A DNA stretch of 60,947 nucleotides, counting the filler, from Mobula hypostoma (Eukaryota): assembly GCF_963921235.1 (NCBI RefSeq). It is 5 parts of 3 records of this genome, joined end to end, with 100 filler letters (N's around TTAATTAATTAA, not from the genome) between each part and the next. Parts side by side here need not be neighbours in the genome. Positions count along the whole stretch, not along the records: positions 1 to 23,829 come from NC_086109.1; 4 more parts are not named here. The stretch is one strand, 5' to 3'. Made by a program: the position numbers and the translations under genes. Of this stretch, positions 1 through 11,889 are shown piece after piece (the first letter of the stretch is position 1; the number at the start of each line of letters is the position of its first letter). The notes below the pieces were generated by a model. The model saw only the letters and a program-made list of their open reading frames with translations, did not search any database and had not been told where the DNA came from.

Positions 1-3000
1 GCATGGATAACTTCACTCACCTCACCACTGAAGAGGAGAAGATATTCTTATTACTGAGAATTCAGAAAAAAGAAGGGGGTGATAACATTGGATGGAATCG
101 TACTACTGGCCTCAAGTAGTCTGTGGGAATTACAGGACCAAATATGTAGGGAGATCACAGATAAGAGTGAAGGAACAACTGGATTTCAATAGTCGGCATT
201 CTTAACTTCCGGAATATTGACTGGGAATACCATAGTGCTAAGGGTTTGGATGAGGTGGAATTGGTTGTATCCAGAAAATTTTTCTCAAACAATATGCAGA
301 TGGTGGTACAAAATAAGGTACTATAATGGATCTCACATGGGAAATGAGCCTGGGCAAGAGACTGAATGGTCAGTGGGGAAACACTTTGGAACAGACAGTG
401 TAATTCTATGTTTTAAGTTATTCCAGAAGAGTTAGGATTGGTCCACAAGCTAGTTTGAAATTAAAGCAAAACCAATTTGCTTTGGTATGGAATGGAACAG
501 GCTTTGAATGGAAAATCCTACAATAGGTAATGGACTCAAACCAGTACATCGTGAGTAAAGCCCTCCCAGATATTGAGTAGGAGGAAAGCAGCATCCATCA
601 TCAGAGATCCCCACCACCCAGATCATGCTCTCCTGTTGCTGCTGTCATCAGGCAGAATGGCACAAGAGCCTCAGAACCCAGATCACTCGGAACAGTTACT
701 ACCCTCAACCATCAGACTGTTGAGTAAAAGGGGATAACTACACTCACGCCCCATCATTGAAATGTTCCTACAACCAATAATCTAACTTCAATGACTCTTT
801 ATCTCATTACCTCATGCTCTCGTTAATAATTGCTATTTATTTATATTTGCATTTGCACAGTCAGTTGCCTTCTGCACTCTGGTTGATCTTCCACTGAGCC
901 TGTTATATTTACTATTCTACAGATTTGCTGAGAAGATGAATTTCAAGTCTGTGTATGGTGACATACATGTACTTTGATAATAAAATTTACTTTAAACTGT
1001 TAAACAGAGACTCCAAAGTTTGACTGTGAGAAGCTGCTTGAAGGTAAAGAGACATCAGACGTGTGAGAGGTACTTAAAATTCAGGTGGCCAGCATGTTCC
1101 TATTAGATTGAAAGGCAAGGTGGCAGGGGGATCAGGGAAAACTGGTCCATGAGGGATATTAAGGTCAAGTACAAGAATATAACTGGGATCAAAGGAATTA
1201 CTTGAGTATAATAGATGCAGGGATACACAAGAGAGAAATCAAAAGAGCAAAACAATACAGCATGTCTGAAAAGGTAAAGGAGAACTTTCAAGAGAATCTG
1301 TAAGTATATTCAGAGTAAAGACGTAACTAGGGAGATAACAAAGCACCTTAAGGTTCAATACATGAACCTTGGGAAATGGGTGGTGTCTTAAATTAGTATT
1401 TCCTTTGAACTTTACCATGGTGAAGGTCATGGAAAGTAGGGAATACGGGAAAAAAATTGTGATGTTTAGGAACATTGCCACATGACAAAATAGGTGGTGC
1501 TGGCAGTCTTAAATTTCATGAAATTCCTGATGGCAATCAAGTGCATCGTCAGATACTGTTGGGAAGTTTGAAAAAATTACTGGAGTGCTGGAAGTGATAT
1601 TTATACCATCGGTAGCCGTAGATGAGATACTGAAAGACTGGAGAGTGTTATTGCCTTTATTTAAGAAAGGCTACAAGGAAAAGCCAGGGACTGAGGTGGT
1701 GAGCCGAACATTGGTGGGAAAATTATTGGAGAGGACTCTGAGGCATAGGGATCTACCTACATTTGGAAAGGCAAATACTGATGAGGAGTGATTTAGTATA
1801 GTTACGTGCATGCAATATTGTGTCTCACAGATGTGATTGAGCTTTTTGAAGAGGCGACTGAGAGGCAGAATGGAAGGCATTGTTGACATGGACATTAGGA
1901 AGACATTTGACAAAGTCCTGTGTGGTAAATTAATCTGGAACCTTGCAACACATTGGCTCAAGAGATTCTGCAGATGCTGGCATTCTTGAATGAAGAACAC
2001 GTACAAAATACTGGCAGAACTCAGCAGGTCAGGCAGCATCCATGGAGGGGAATAAACAGTCAAAATTTCAGACCGAGAACCTTCAGCAAGGCTGGAAAGG
2101 AAGGAGCTAGAAGCCACAATAAGAAGGTGGGGGAGGTGAAGGATCACAAGCTGGTAGCTGATGGAGAAGACTAAGTGAGAGGGAAGGTGGGTGGGTGGGG
2201 GAGGAGAGATGAAGTTAGAAGCTGCGAGATGTTAGGTCAGAAGAAGAAATTTAAGAAGAGAGATCTCAGCAGATCTATCCTGGTCCCAACATATTGATAC
2301 AATTACAAAGAAGGTACACCAGTGGATATATTTCATTAGGAGTTTGATACATCACCAAAGACCCTAGCAAGTGTTTACAGATGTGCCATGGTGAGCATTC
2401 TAACTGGCTGCATCACTGTCTGATATGGAAGGGCCACAGTACAGGATTGGAGAAGCTGCTGAAAGTTGCAAACTTAGCCAGCTCCAGCATGGACACTAGC
2501 CTAAGCACTACTGAGGACACCTTCCAAAAGCAATGCCCAAGACATGACCTCTTCTCATTGCCTCCAGCAGAGAGAAGGTACAGGATTCTGAAGACACACA
2601 CTTAACATTTTACGAATAGCTTCTTCCCCTCTGTCATCAGTTTTCTGAACAGAAAGTGAAGCCACGAACACAATTCACTATTATACTCTCCTTTTTGTAC
2701 AATTTATTTCATTTTTACACATATTTCTTCTGAAAATTCACTGTATATTTTATGTTTTGCACTGCACTGCTGCCACAAAACCACAAATTACATTATTTAT
2801 GTCCGTGATAATAAACCTAATGCTGATTCTGTGAATACCAGCCACAGAAGAATGGAGAGATGTCGGGAAACGAATGGGAAATGATGGGCAGGAGAGGAGA
2901 AGAGACGGGGTGCGAGGGTAACCGGAATGGGGAATGGAAAAAGAAAAGGGGATGAAGAGTTTAATTATGGACAGTTAGAGAAAGCGATGTTCATGCCATC

Positions 3001-5019
3001 AGGTTGAAAGCTATCCAACCTGAGTTTGGCCTCATTGTGGAGTACAGGAAGCTACAGACAGAATGAGAACGGGAAGTCAAATTGTAATGGGTGATCTTGC
3101 ATCTTGCAGCAAACAGAGAAAATCTGCTTGATGAAGCAGTCCCCCAGTCACCGTGGGATTTTACTGATGTAGAGGAGACCATAATGGGAGAACCACATGC
3201 AATAGATGACCCAAATGATTTGCAGACGAAATGTTGCCCCATCAGGAAGGTCTATTTAGGGCCCTGAAATGTGGTGAGGGAGGAGATGTAGAGGAAAGTG
3301 TACACTTGTCCCACTGACAGGATTAAGTGCCAGGAGGGGAATCATTGGAGAGAGACAAGTGGACAAGGAAGTCATGCAGAGAGTGATCCTTACGGAAAGT
3401 GGAGAGTGTGGGTGAAGGAAAGATTTGCTGCATGGTATGATCCTGTTGTAGATGGGAGAAGTTCTGGAGAATAATGTACTGGATACAGAGGATTGTGCAT
3501 GATAGGTAAGGACAAGAGGAACACTATCCCTGTTATGACAATGGGATGATCATGTGAGAAACTGAGGAGATGCAGGTGCAAGCAGCGTCAATGACTGTGG
3601 AAGGGAAACACAATTCTTTGTAGGACATCTCAGCTGTTCCAGAATGCAAAGCCTCCTCCTGAGAACAGGTGCAGTGGTGGCAGAGGAACTGAGAGAAGGG
3701 AATCCTGTTTTTATAAGGTAGAGCTGGGAAGAGGAATAGTCAAGACAACTGAAAGTTAGTAGGCTTGTAAAGGATGCCTATCTCGAGAGATGGAACAGAG
3801 CGATCGAGAAAGGGGACTGAGATGTCAGAGGTGGGTCAGCTTCTTTCTTCATTCCCCCCTCCCATGATTCCCCTCACCTGCTCTCACCGATTACCTGCTA
3901 GGTTATATTCCTTCTCCTCTGCCCCAACCTTGTTATTCTGGCTCTCCCCACTTCCTTTCCAGTCCTGATGAATGGTTTCTGTTTGAAACACCAACTGTTT
4001 ATTCCCCTCATTTGCTGCTGCCTGCCTTGCTGAGTTCCTCCAGCATTTATGTGCTTTGTCATTAGATCATATGAGATCCAGCGTGAGCTCGCCACTTGGA
4101 TATGAAGTTGGCACATTGGAAGGAGTCAGAGGGTGCTCGTGGAGGGTTGTTATTTAGACTGGAGGCCAGTTACCTCTGGTGTGTTGCAGGGATCAGTACT
4201 GGATCTTTTATTGTTCATCACCTATATTAATTACTTATGGAGTTTGGAAAGTTTGTGGATGACATTAAAATTGGTCGGATAGTGGACAGTGAAGAAGATT
4301 ACCAGATCGAAATCAACTGAGTGAGTGGACCAAACCTGAACAAATGCAAAGGGTTGCAGTTTGGTAACTTCAACCAGGGCAGGAATTAAAGAGTAAATGA
4401 GACGGCCCGAGGGATTGTTCTAGAACAGAGAGATCTAGGGATACCAGTACACAGTTTGCTGAAAGTGATGACACGCATAGACAGGATGACAAAGAATGTG
4501 TTTGGCAAACCTCTGAGCTGCGTACGCAGGGCCATTAATATTATCAAATATCCCACCCGTACATCCAGCATCCTCTTTGACTTTACACCATTAGGCAGGA
4601 ACCTCTGGTGCATAAGGACAAGAACAGTCAGAATGGGGATACAGCTTCTGAACTTCCTGCCACATCACATCTGAAGTTTCACTAGTTAATTGGTTCTGTA
4701 CCTTACAATACTTAATGTATGCCCTTACTTTGTTTATTTATGCTTAATTCATTTGTAGATTCAATTCTTATTTTCCAAATTTATTGTGTATCATATGTAT
4801 GTTATTTGTACTTTTATGCTCCAGAGAAACATTGTCTTGTTTGACGGTATCCATGTATAAAGTTAAATGACAATAAACTCAACTTGACTCGACACTCGCT
4901 TTCATTAGTAAAAAACTTGGGACAAACGAGTGCTACAAAGCTGGCCAACTTTCCAGTTTAATGACATTTCTGACATTACTCAAAGTATTGTGCCACAAGC
5001 TAAATATCATTAAACAGAC

Positions 5020-5797
5020 AACAGGAATTCTGCAGATGCTGGAAATTCAAGCAACACACATCAAAGTTGCTGGTGAACGCAGCAGGCCAGGCAGCATCTC
5101 TAGGAAGAGGTATAGTCGACGTTTCAGGCCGAGACCCTTCGTCAGGACTAACTGAAGGAAGAGTTAGTAAGAGATTTGAAAGTGGAATGTGGAGGGGGAG
5201 ATCCAAAATGATAGGAGAAGACAGGAGGGGGAGGGATGGAGCCAAGAGCTGGACAGGTCATTGGCAAAGGGGATATGAGAGGATCATGGGACAGGAGGTC
5301 CGGGGACAAAGACAAGCGGCGGGTGGGGGGGAACCCAGAGGATGGGCAAGAGGTATAGTCAGAGGGACAGAGGGAGAAAAAGGAGAGGGAGAGAAAGTAT
5401 GTGTGTATATAAATAAATAACGGACGGGGTACGAGGGGGAGGTGGGGCATTAGCGGAAGTTAGAGAAGTCGATGTTCATGCCATCAGGTTGGAGGCTACC
5501 CAGATGGAATATAAGGTGTTGTTCCTCCAACCTGAGTGTGGCTTCATCTTTACAGTAGAGGCCATGGATAGACATGTCAGAATGGGAATGGGATGTGGAA
5601 TTAAAATGTGTGGCCACTGGGAGACCCTGCTTTCTCTGGCGGACAGAGCGTAGGTGTTCAGCAAAACGGTCTCCCAGTCTGCGTCGCATCTTGCCAATAT
5701 ATAGAAAGCCACATCGAGAGCAGCAGATGCAGTATATCACCCCAGCCGACTCAGAGGTGAAGTGTCACCTCACCTGGAAGGACTGTCTGGGGCCCTG
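5020..5797 (-). mobile_element. Penelope-like retroelement 3' part (GIY-YIG endonuclease + terminal repeat), inverted arm
   Basis: ORF 5450-5740 reads YCICCSRCGFLYIGKMRRRLGDRFAEHL...EQHLIFHLGSLQPDGMN, a GIY-YIG motif. The arm is the reverse complement of 6504-7248. Confidence 0.85.
5114..5149 (-). ncRNA. Minimal type-I hammerhead ribozyme core (PLE-associated)
   Basis: Minus strand reads AGTC-CTGACGA-AGG(GTCTCGG)CCT-GAA-ACGT-C-GACT. This gives stem I AGTC/GACT, the CUGANGA core, stem II, GAAA, a palindromic ACGT stem III and a GUC cleavage triplet. Confidence 0.75.
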
Positions 5798-7248
5798 AAA
5801 AAAAAACCCTCGTCCCACACCCCTCCCACAGCTCTCGTTGACTTTATTAACTTTGCCTCCAACTTTCACCCTGCCCTCAAGTTTACCTGGTCCATTTCCG
5901 ACACCTCCCTCCCCTTTCTAGATCTTTCTGTCTCTATCTTTGGAGACAGCTTATCCACTGATGTCTACTATAAGCCTACTGACCCTCACAGCTATCTGGA
6001 CTATTCCTCTTCTCACCCTGTCACTTGCAAAAATGCCATCCCCTTCTCGCAATTCCTCCGTCTCCGCCGCATCTGCTCTCAGGATGAGGCTTTTCGTTCC
6101 AGGATGAGGGAGATGTCCTCCATTTTTAAAGAAAGGGTCTTCCCTTCCTCCACTATCAACTCTGCTCTCAAACACATCTCCCCTATTTCACACACATCTG
6201 CTCTCACTTCATCCTCCCGCCACCCCACTAGGAATAGGGTTCCCCTGGTCCTCACCTACCACCCCACCAGCCTCCGGGTCCAACATATTATTCTCCGTAA
6301 CTTCCGCCACCTCCAGCGGGATCCCACCACTAAGCACATCTTTCCCTCCCCCCCTCTCTGCTTTCCGCAGGGATCGCTCCCTACGCGACATCCTTGTCCA
6401 CTCATCTCCCCCATCCCTCCCCACTGATCTCCCTCCTGGCACTTAACCTTGGAAGTGGAACAAGTGCTACACAGGCCCTTACACTTCCTCCCTCACCACT
6501 ATTCAGGGCCCCAGACAGTCCTTCCAGCTGAGGTGACACTTCACCTGTGAGTCCGCTGGGGTGATATACTGCATCCGGTGCTCCTGATGTGGCCTTCTAT
6601 ATATTGGCGAGACCCGACGCAGACTGGGAGATCGTTTTGCAGAACACCTACGCTCTGTCCGCCAGAGAAAGCAGGGTCTCCCAATGGCCACACATTTTAA
6701 TTCCACATCCAATTCCCATTCTGATATGTCTATCCACGGCCTCCTCTACTGTAAAGATGAAGCCACACTCAGGTTGGAGGAACAACACCTTATATTCCGT
6801 CTGGGTAGCCTCCAATCTGGTGGCATGAACATTGACTTCTCAAACTTCCGCTAATGCCCCACCTCCCCCTCGTACCCCATCCATTATTTATTTTTATACA
6901 CACATTCTTTCTCTCTCTCTCCTTTTTCTCCCTCTGTCCCTCTGACTATACCCCTTGCCCATCCTCTGGGTTCCCCCCCGCCCATCTTTCTCTCCGGACC
7001 TCCTGTCCCATGATCCTCTCGTATCCCCTTTGCCAATCACCTGTCCAGCTCTTGGCTCCATCCCTTCCCCTCCTGTCTTCTCCTATCATTTTGGATCTCC
7101 CCCTCCCCCTCCCACTTTCAAATCTCTTACTAACTCTTCCTTCATTTAGTCCTGACGATGGGTCTCGGCCTGAAACGTCGACTGTACCTCTTCCTAGAGA
7201 TGCTGCCTGGCCTGCTGCGTTCACCAGCAACTTTGATGTGTGTTGCTA
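5798..7248 (+). mobile_element. Penelope-like retroelement (RT C-terminus/thumb + GIY-YIG + terminal repeat), 5'-truncated
   Basis: ORF 5762-6427 contains LPFLDLSV, VYYKPTD.HSYLDYSSSHP and IPFSQFLRLRRICS, typical of PLE RT. A frameshifted GIY-YIG follows at about 6540-6850. Confidence 0.85.
7148..7183 (+). ncRNA. Minimal hammerhead ribozyme core (PLE-associated), stem II mismatch
   Basis: AGTC-CTGACGA-TGGGTCTCGGCCT-GAAACGTC-GACT. Confidence 0.65.
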
Positions 7249-9701
7249 TCATTAAACCAGAAAGGGTTTAGAAAAATATCCACAAGGATATTACCGGGAC
7301 TGGAGGGTTTGAGTTTGAAGGAAAAACTGAATAGGTGAGAGCTTTTTTTCCTTGATTGATCTGGGCAAATTGGGACAAAGGACCTGTTTCTCTGTTGTAA
7401 ACCTTTGACTGTAAACATGCTGCAGCTGTGTTTCTCTCTGATTCTGGGGAGGTGTCCTGGGCAAGAAGGAGAATATGGCCTGTAAATGTCAGTTTCGCCA
7501 TTATAAAGTCAGCAGGGCTGTAAATTGCCCAGTGCAGGAGCAACAGATGTTATTTTCCCTCGAGACATGTCTCTAAGGTTAGGTGTGTGGGTGATATGTG
7601 AGCACTAGGGAAAGTCATTCCTCTCTGCCAATCAACCTGATTCTAGCTGGACTTTCAGACCCAGGATCCTGGGGCCACCTATTGACCTGACTCCAGAGGC
7701 AGGGGGATCTGGTCTTGTTGCCACTGGTGGGCCTTGATTCTCGAGAGAATCTCAGAAGGAATTCCTCCACCACTGATCCTCCTGATGGGACTGTGATGGA
7801 TCTGGGTCAGTTGGAGCATCTGATCTGCCACACAGTGTGTGACATGATCAGAAGGAGAATGCACCAGTGTGTTTACTTTCATAGACACTGTCACCAAATT
7901 CTCAAGCAAACGTCTCCCCACCATCAGTAGTATTGACATGAGGCACTGCATCAAGAAAGCAACATCCCTCATCAGAGATTCTCACCATCCGGGCAATGCC
8001 ATCTTATCACTATTACAGGAGCCTGATGTCCTACTCCACCAGGTTCCAAAACAGCTACTTCCCTTCAGTCATTCAGTTCTTGAACCAACCATCACAATGC
8101 TAATGACTACTATTTGGAAACACTAGAGTCATAGTCATAGAGAAGTACAGCACAGAGTCCCTTTGGCCCATCTAATCCATGCCGAAACTGTTTAAACTGC
8201 CTTCTCCCATAAATCTCCACCAGGATCAAAGCTTTCCATACCCCAAACATCCATGTACATATCCAGACTTCTCTTGAATGTTGAAATCCAGCTTGCATGC
8301 ACCATTTTTGCTGGCAGCTCATCCCCCTCTCACGACCATCTGAATGAAGAAGATTCCCCTTATGTTCCTCTTAAACTTTTCACCTTTCCCCCTAAACCCA
8401 TGACCTCTGGTTGTAGTCCCAGCCAACCTCAGCAGATAAAGCCTGCTTGCATTTACCCTATTTATTCCCCTCATAATTTTGAATACCTCTATCAGATCTC
8501 CTCTTAATTTTCTAAGTGACCAGATTGATCACTTTCCACGAAAATACACTTCGATATTTTTTGTCCTAATTGTATTCCTTTTGGTAAAAATTGTGCTGAT
8601 ATTTTTCCTGTGAATGCTGCTTATATGATTTGACATGCCTGTGGCTGATCATTGCCCTTGTGCACATGACAATGAACTCATCCTGGACTTTGACAGATCA
8701 GCTGTCAATGCTGTTAGACGAGAAGAAAATGGGGAATCAGTCTGGAGCGAGAGGAAGACTGTGGAGTCCAACACCAGTCACGAAGGGGGTGCCTTCCTAT
8801 TACACAATTTCTCAGGCGAGAGAGAGAGAGGACCTGAGCTTCCTGAATGGCCAGCGCCTCTGTGCGAGTTTAAGGGCTTGCTGCTCGCTCGTGATAAGCT
8901 AACGCTCAGAGGGACGGTGTTTACTCGTACACTGCATAAAATGGCGACAGGAAGTGCAAAGAGGCAAAAAAAAAACACATGCAATGCAGAAAACAGCTTT
9001 GACTTCTGGATTTCCTGATAGAGAGAGGGGCGGGGCGAGAAAAGAAACTGATCTGAGGAGAGACAGACAGCAATAATCGAAACAAACAAGTTAAGAGGAG
9101 ACTGAAATAGGAAGAGAGAGGAAGGAAAAGAGAAAGTGTTTGGGTAGGCAGATATAGAGTCTGGCTAAACAGAGAAGTAAAGGGGATGAGAAAGGGTGAG
9201 GGTGAAGGTTAAGATGGTATTATTTCATCAGCTATTCCAGTTTCCGGGTGTAGACTAGAACAAAACCAGGGCGTGCCACTCTAAGGCCTGCATGGCTGAG
9301 AACCGAGATCAGTTCACATACGTTTCACTGCCCTAAAAGCATTCAATCATTAAAACCTGACCTTACCCACATAAACAGCAATGAGATAGGCACAGAATGG
9401 GTAGAGGAACTCCAATCCACATACTTTGGCGTGTGGTTCTTTGGCGATTGTCGAAGGGAATACTTCACGTTCTGTATCTGAACGTGGAACTGCCATTGTG
9501 TGACAACACAGTGGCAACGGAGCTTCACTCTCTATCTAACCATCTCCCTGGGAGTGTGCATTGAGACAGCGTATAGAGAACTTCACTTTCTGTTCAGTTC
9601 CTACTGTCCCTCCTCTGGGAGCCTTGGATGAGAACTGTGGAAATAACAGAGGCCTTGGACAGAAGTAAGTGAAAAACACAATTCTTTTTGATTAAACTCA
9701 C

Positions 9702-9756
9702 GCTCTGAGATGGACAGTGTCAGCCAGAGGGAGATGAGAAACCACCCGAAGGCCAT
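9702..9756 (-). CDS. Candidate signal-peptide (leader) exon MAFGWFLISLWLTLSISE, phase 1; downstream exons unresolved
   Basis: Good Kozak context (gatATGG), hydrophobic 18-aa peptide, donor C|GTGAGT. CRE-like TGACGTG and Ets motifs lie upstream. Confidence 0.45.
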
Positions 9757-11889
9757 ATCTCTCCAGCAACTGCCGTGTTCGATAGGACTGGCTTCTGCTT
9801 GCAGCCGGTTGTTGGTTGTGACCCGTCTGAGAACGTGTGTAGGCGTTGTGAGCACATTCAGGAAGCCACAACTTCACGTCAGCATGGAGGCTGTGACAGT
9901 GGGTGCATGTCAGTGACTGATCACTTCCGCAAGACATGAAGATTTACAGCGATTATGTTTGATATCATTAATAGTAACCCCTCATTTCAAATAGATGACA
10001 GAAAGCCACGGAGCGACATGCCAGATAATATGGCAAAGATATTTTTAATGACGTCCTATGAAGGAAGCTTGAAGGCAATCGGGCAAAGTCAAAAGGAAAT
10101 CGGGTTTGACCAACTTACTGAAGTTCTTGAAAGAAGTGACATGCGTTTTGGATAAAGGGGAATGGGAAAGACTATAACTTTGATTTCTGGAAGCCAAGTG
10201 ATAAAGTGCTGAAATGAAAGTGTTTGCAGAAACTATAGGCCTGTGGTATTGGAAACAACGAGTTGGTGTGAGTAGAAGATAGGCTGGATAATAGGGAACA
10301 ATATGGCCATAAAGTTCAAAGTCCAAAGATGAGTTTATTGTCATGTGTACAAGTACATGTTTGCAAATTAAAACTTACTTTCAGCGTAATCTCAGACATG
10401 AAGCACCTTATAAGCAGGATTTACAAAACAAAGCATAATTATCCATAAACACGAGAAAATCTGCAGATGCTGGAAATCCAAAGCAACACACACAAAATGC
10501 AGCAGGAACTGGCAGGTCAGGCAGCAGCCATGGGAAAGAGTAAACAGTCGTGTTTTGGGCAAAGACCGAATGGAGAGTCTCAGACTGAAATGTCAAATGT
10601 TGTGGAGATTAAGGTGTTTTCCAACTGCTTCAAGAACCAAATGATTGAGGGGAAGTAGCTGTTCTTGTTCACCTATATACTTACTGTAATACTGTTTCTC
10701 TATATTTATTTATCATGTATTTCATTGTATTGCTGGCATAAAGTTAACAAATTTCACGACATATCCGGTGATATTAAACCTGATTCTGATTGAACTTGAC
10801 CATGTAGGACTCTAAGCTTCTGTACCAACTGCCCAAAGATAGCTGCAAAAAGCTGGCTTGGCTGAGATATTGGGGATCTTTGATGACGGACGCTGCCTTC
10901 TTGAGGCAATCTTGCCTTCTTGGCAGGGAGGGATGTACCTTTGCTGTGTTAGACAGATCCATCTTTATGCATCTTCTTACAAGACAATTATATAATCAGG
11001 ATACTTTCAACTGTAATTGCTTGTCAGAGTGTTCAGTGACAAGCCAAACTTTATGTAGGTGGCACACTTTCCTTCTACAGTGTTTGCATCCATGCACGGG
11101 GCCCGAAACAGATCATCCAGCATATTTATGCACAGGAATTAATAAAACTGCTGATTCTCTCCAACGCCATTCATCAATGTAGACTGATGAATGTTCATCC
11201 TCCTTCTCTTCCTGAGTCAGGTCTGTAGATTTGCTGGTGAGCCATAAGACATACAGGAGCGGAGTTATACCATTCAGCCAATCGAGTCTGCTATGCCATT
11301 CAGTCATGGCTGATTCACCTTTCCTCTCACTGCCTTTCTTCTGCCTTCTCCCCGTTACCTTTGGAGCCCTGACTAATCAAGAATCTATGAACCTCCATTT
11401 TAAATACACAGTGACATTGCCTCTGCAGATCATTGTGGCAATGAGTTCTGCAGATTCACACCCTAAGGCAAAATAAATCTCTGTTACACAGGGATGTTCT
11501 TGTATTCTAAGTTAGTACCCCACTGGTCCTGTACTACCCCACTACTGGAAACATCCTTTCCATGTCCAATCTATATTCAATATTTTCATTATTCAATAAT
11601 TTTCAATGAGATCCCCCAATATTCTTCTTCAACTCCACGGAGTATAGGCCCAAGCTATCAAAAGTTCCTCATACATTAACGCTTTTATTGTCAGCATCAT
11701 TCTCATGAAAGTCCTCTGGACCGTCTCTAATGCCAAAAATCAGTCCTGAGATAAGAAACAAAAACTGCTCACAATACTCCATGCATTCTGACCAATGATG
11801 ATAAAGCCTTGGCATTATATCCTTGTTTTCATATTCTCGTCTTCCGAAAATTGTTGCAAACATTGCATTTGACATCTGTGGACACAGGA

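Noticed and set aside
7831-7837. CACAGTG heptamers (here and at several other sites) as RSS
   Set aside because: No nonamer at 12/23 spacing was noticed, and none flank a V, D or J segment.
7679-7840. Minus-strand 'QMLQLTQ' resembling a V-domain start downstream of the 9756 leader
   Set aside because: No Cys23, Trp41 or YYC follows, and the frame stops early.
8635-9018. 127-aa plus-strand ORF with an AAAATGGCG/Ets motif
   Set aside because: No recognisable domain or splice structure was seen on this strand. The signals fit the minus-strand model better.
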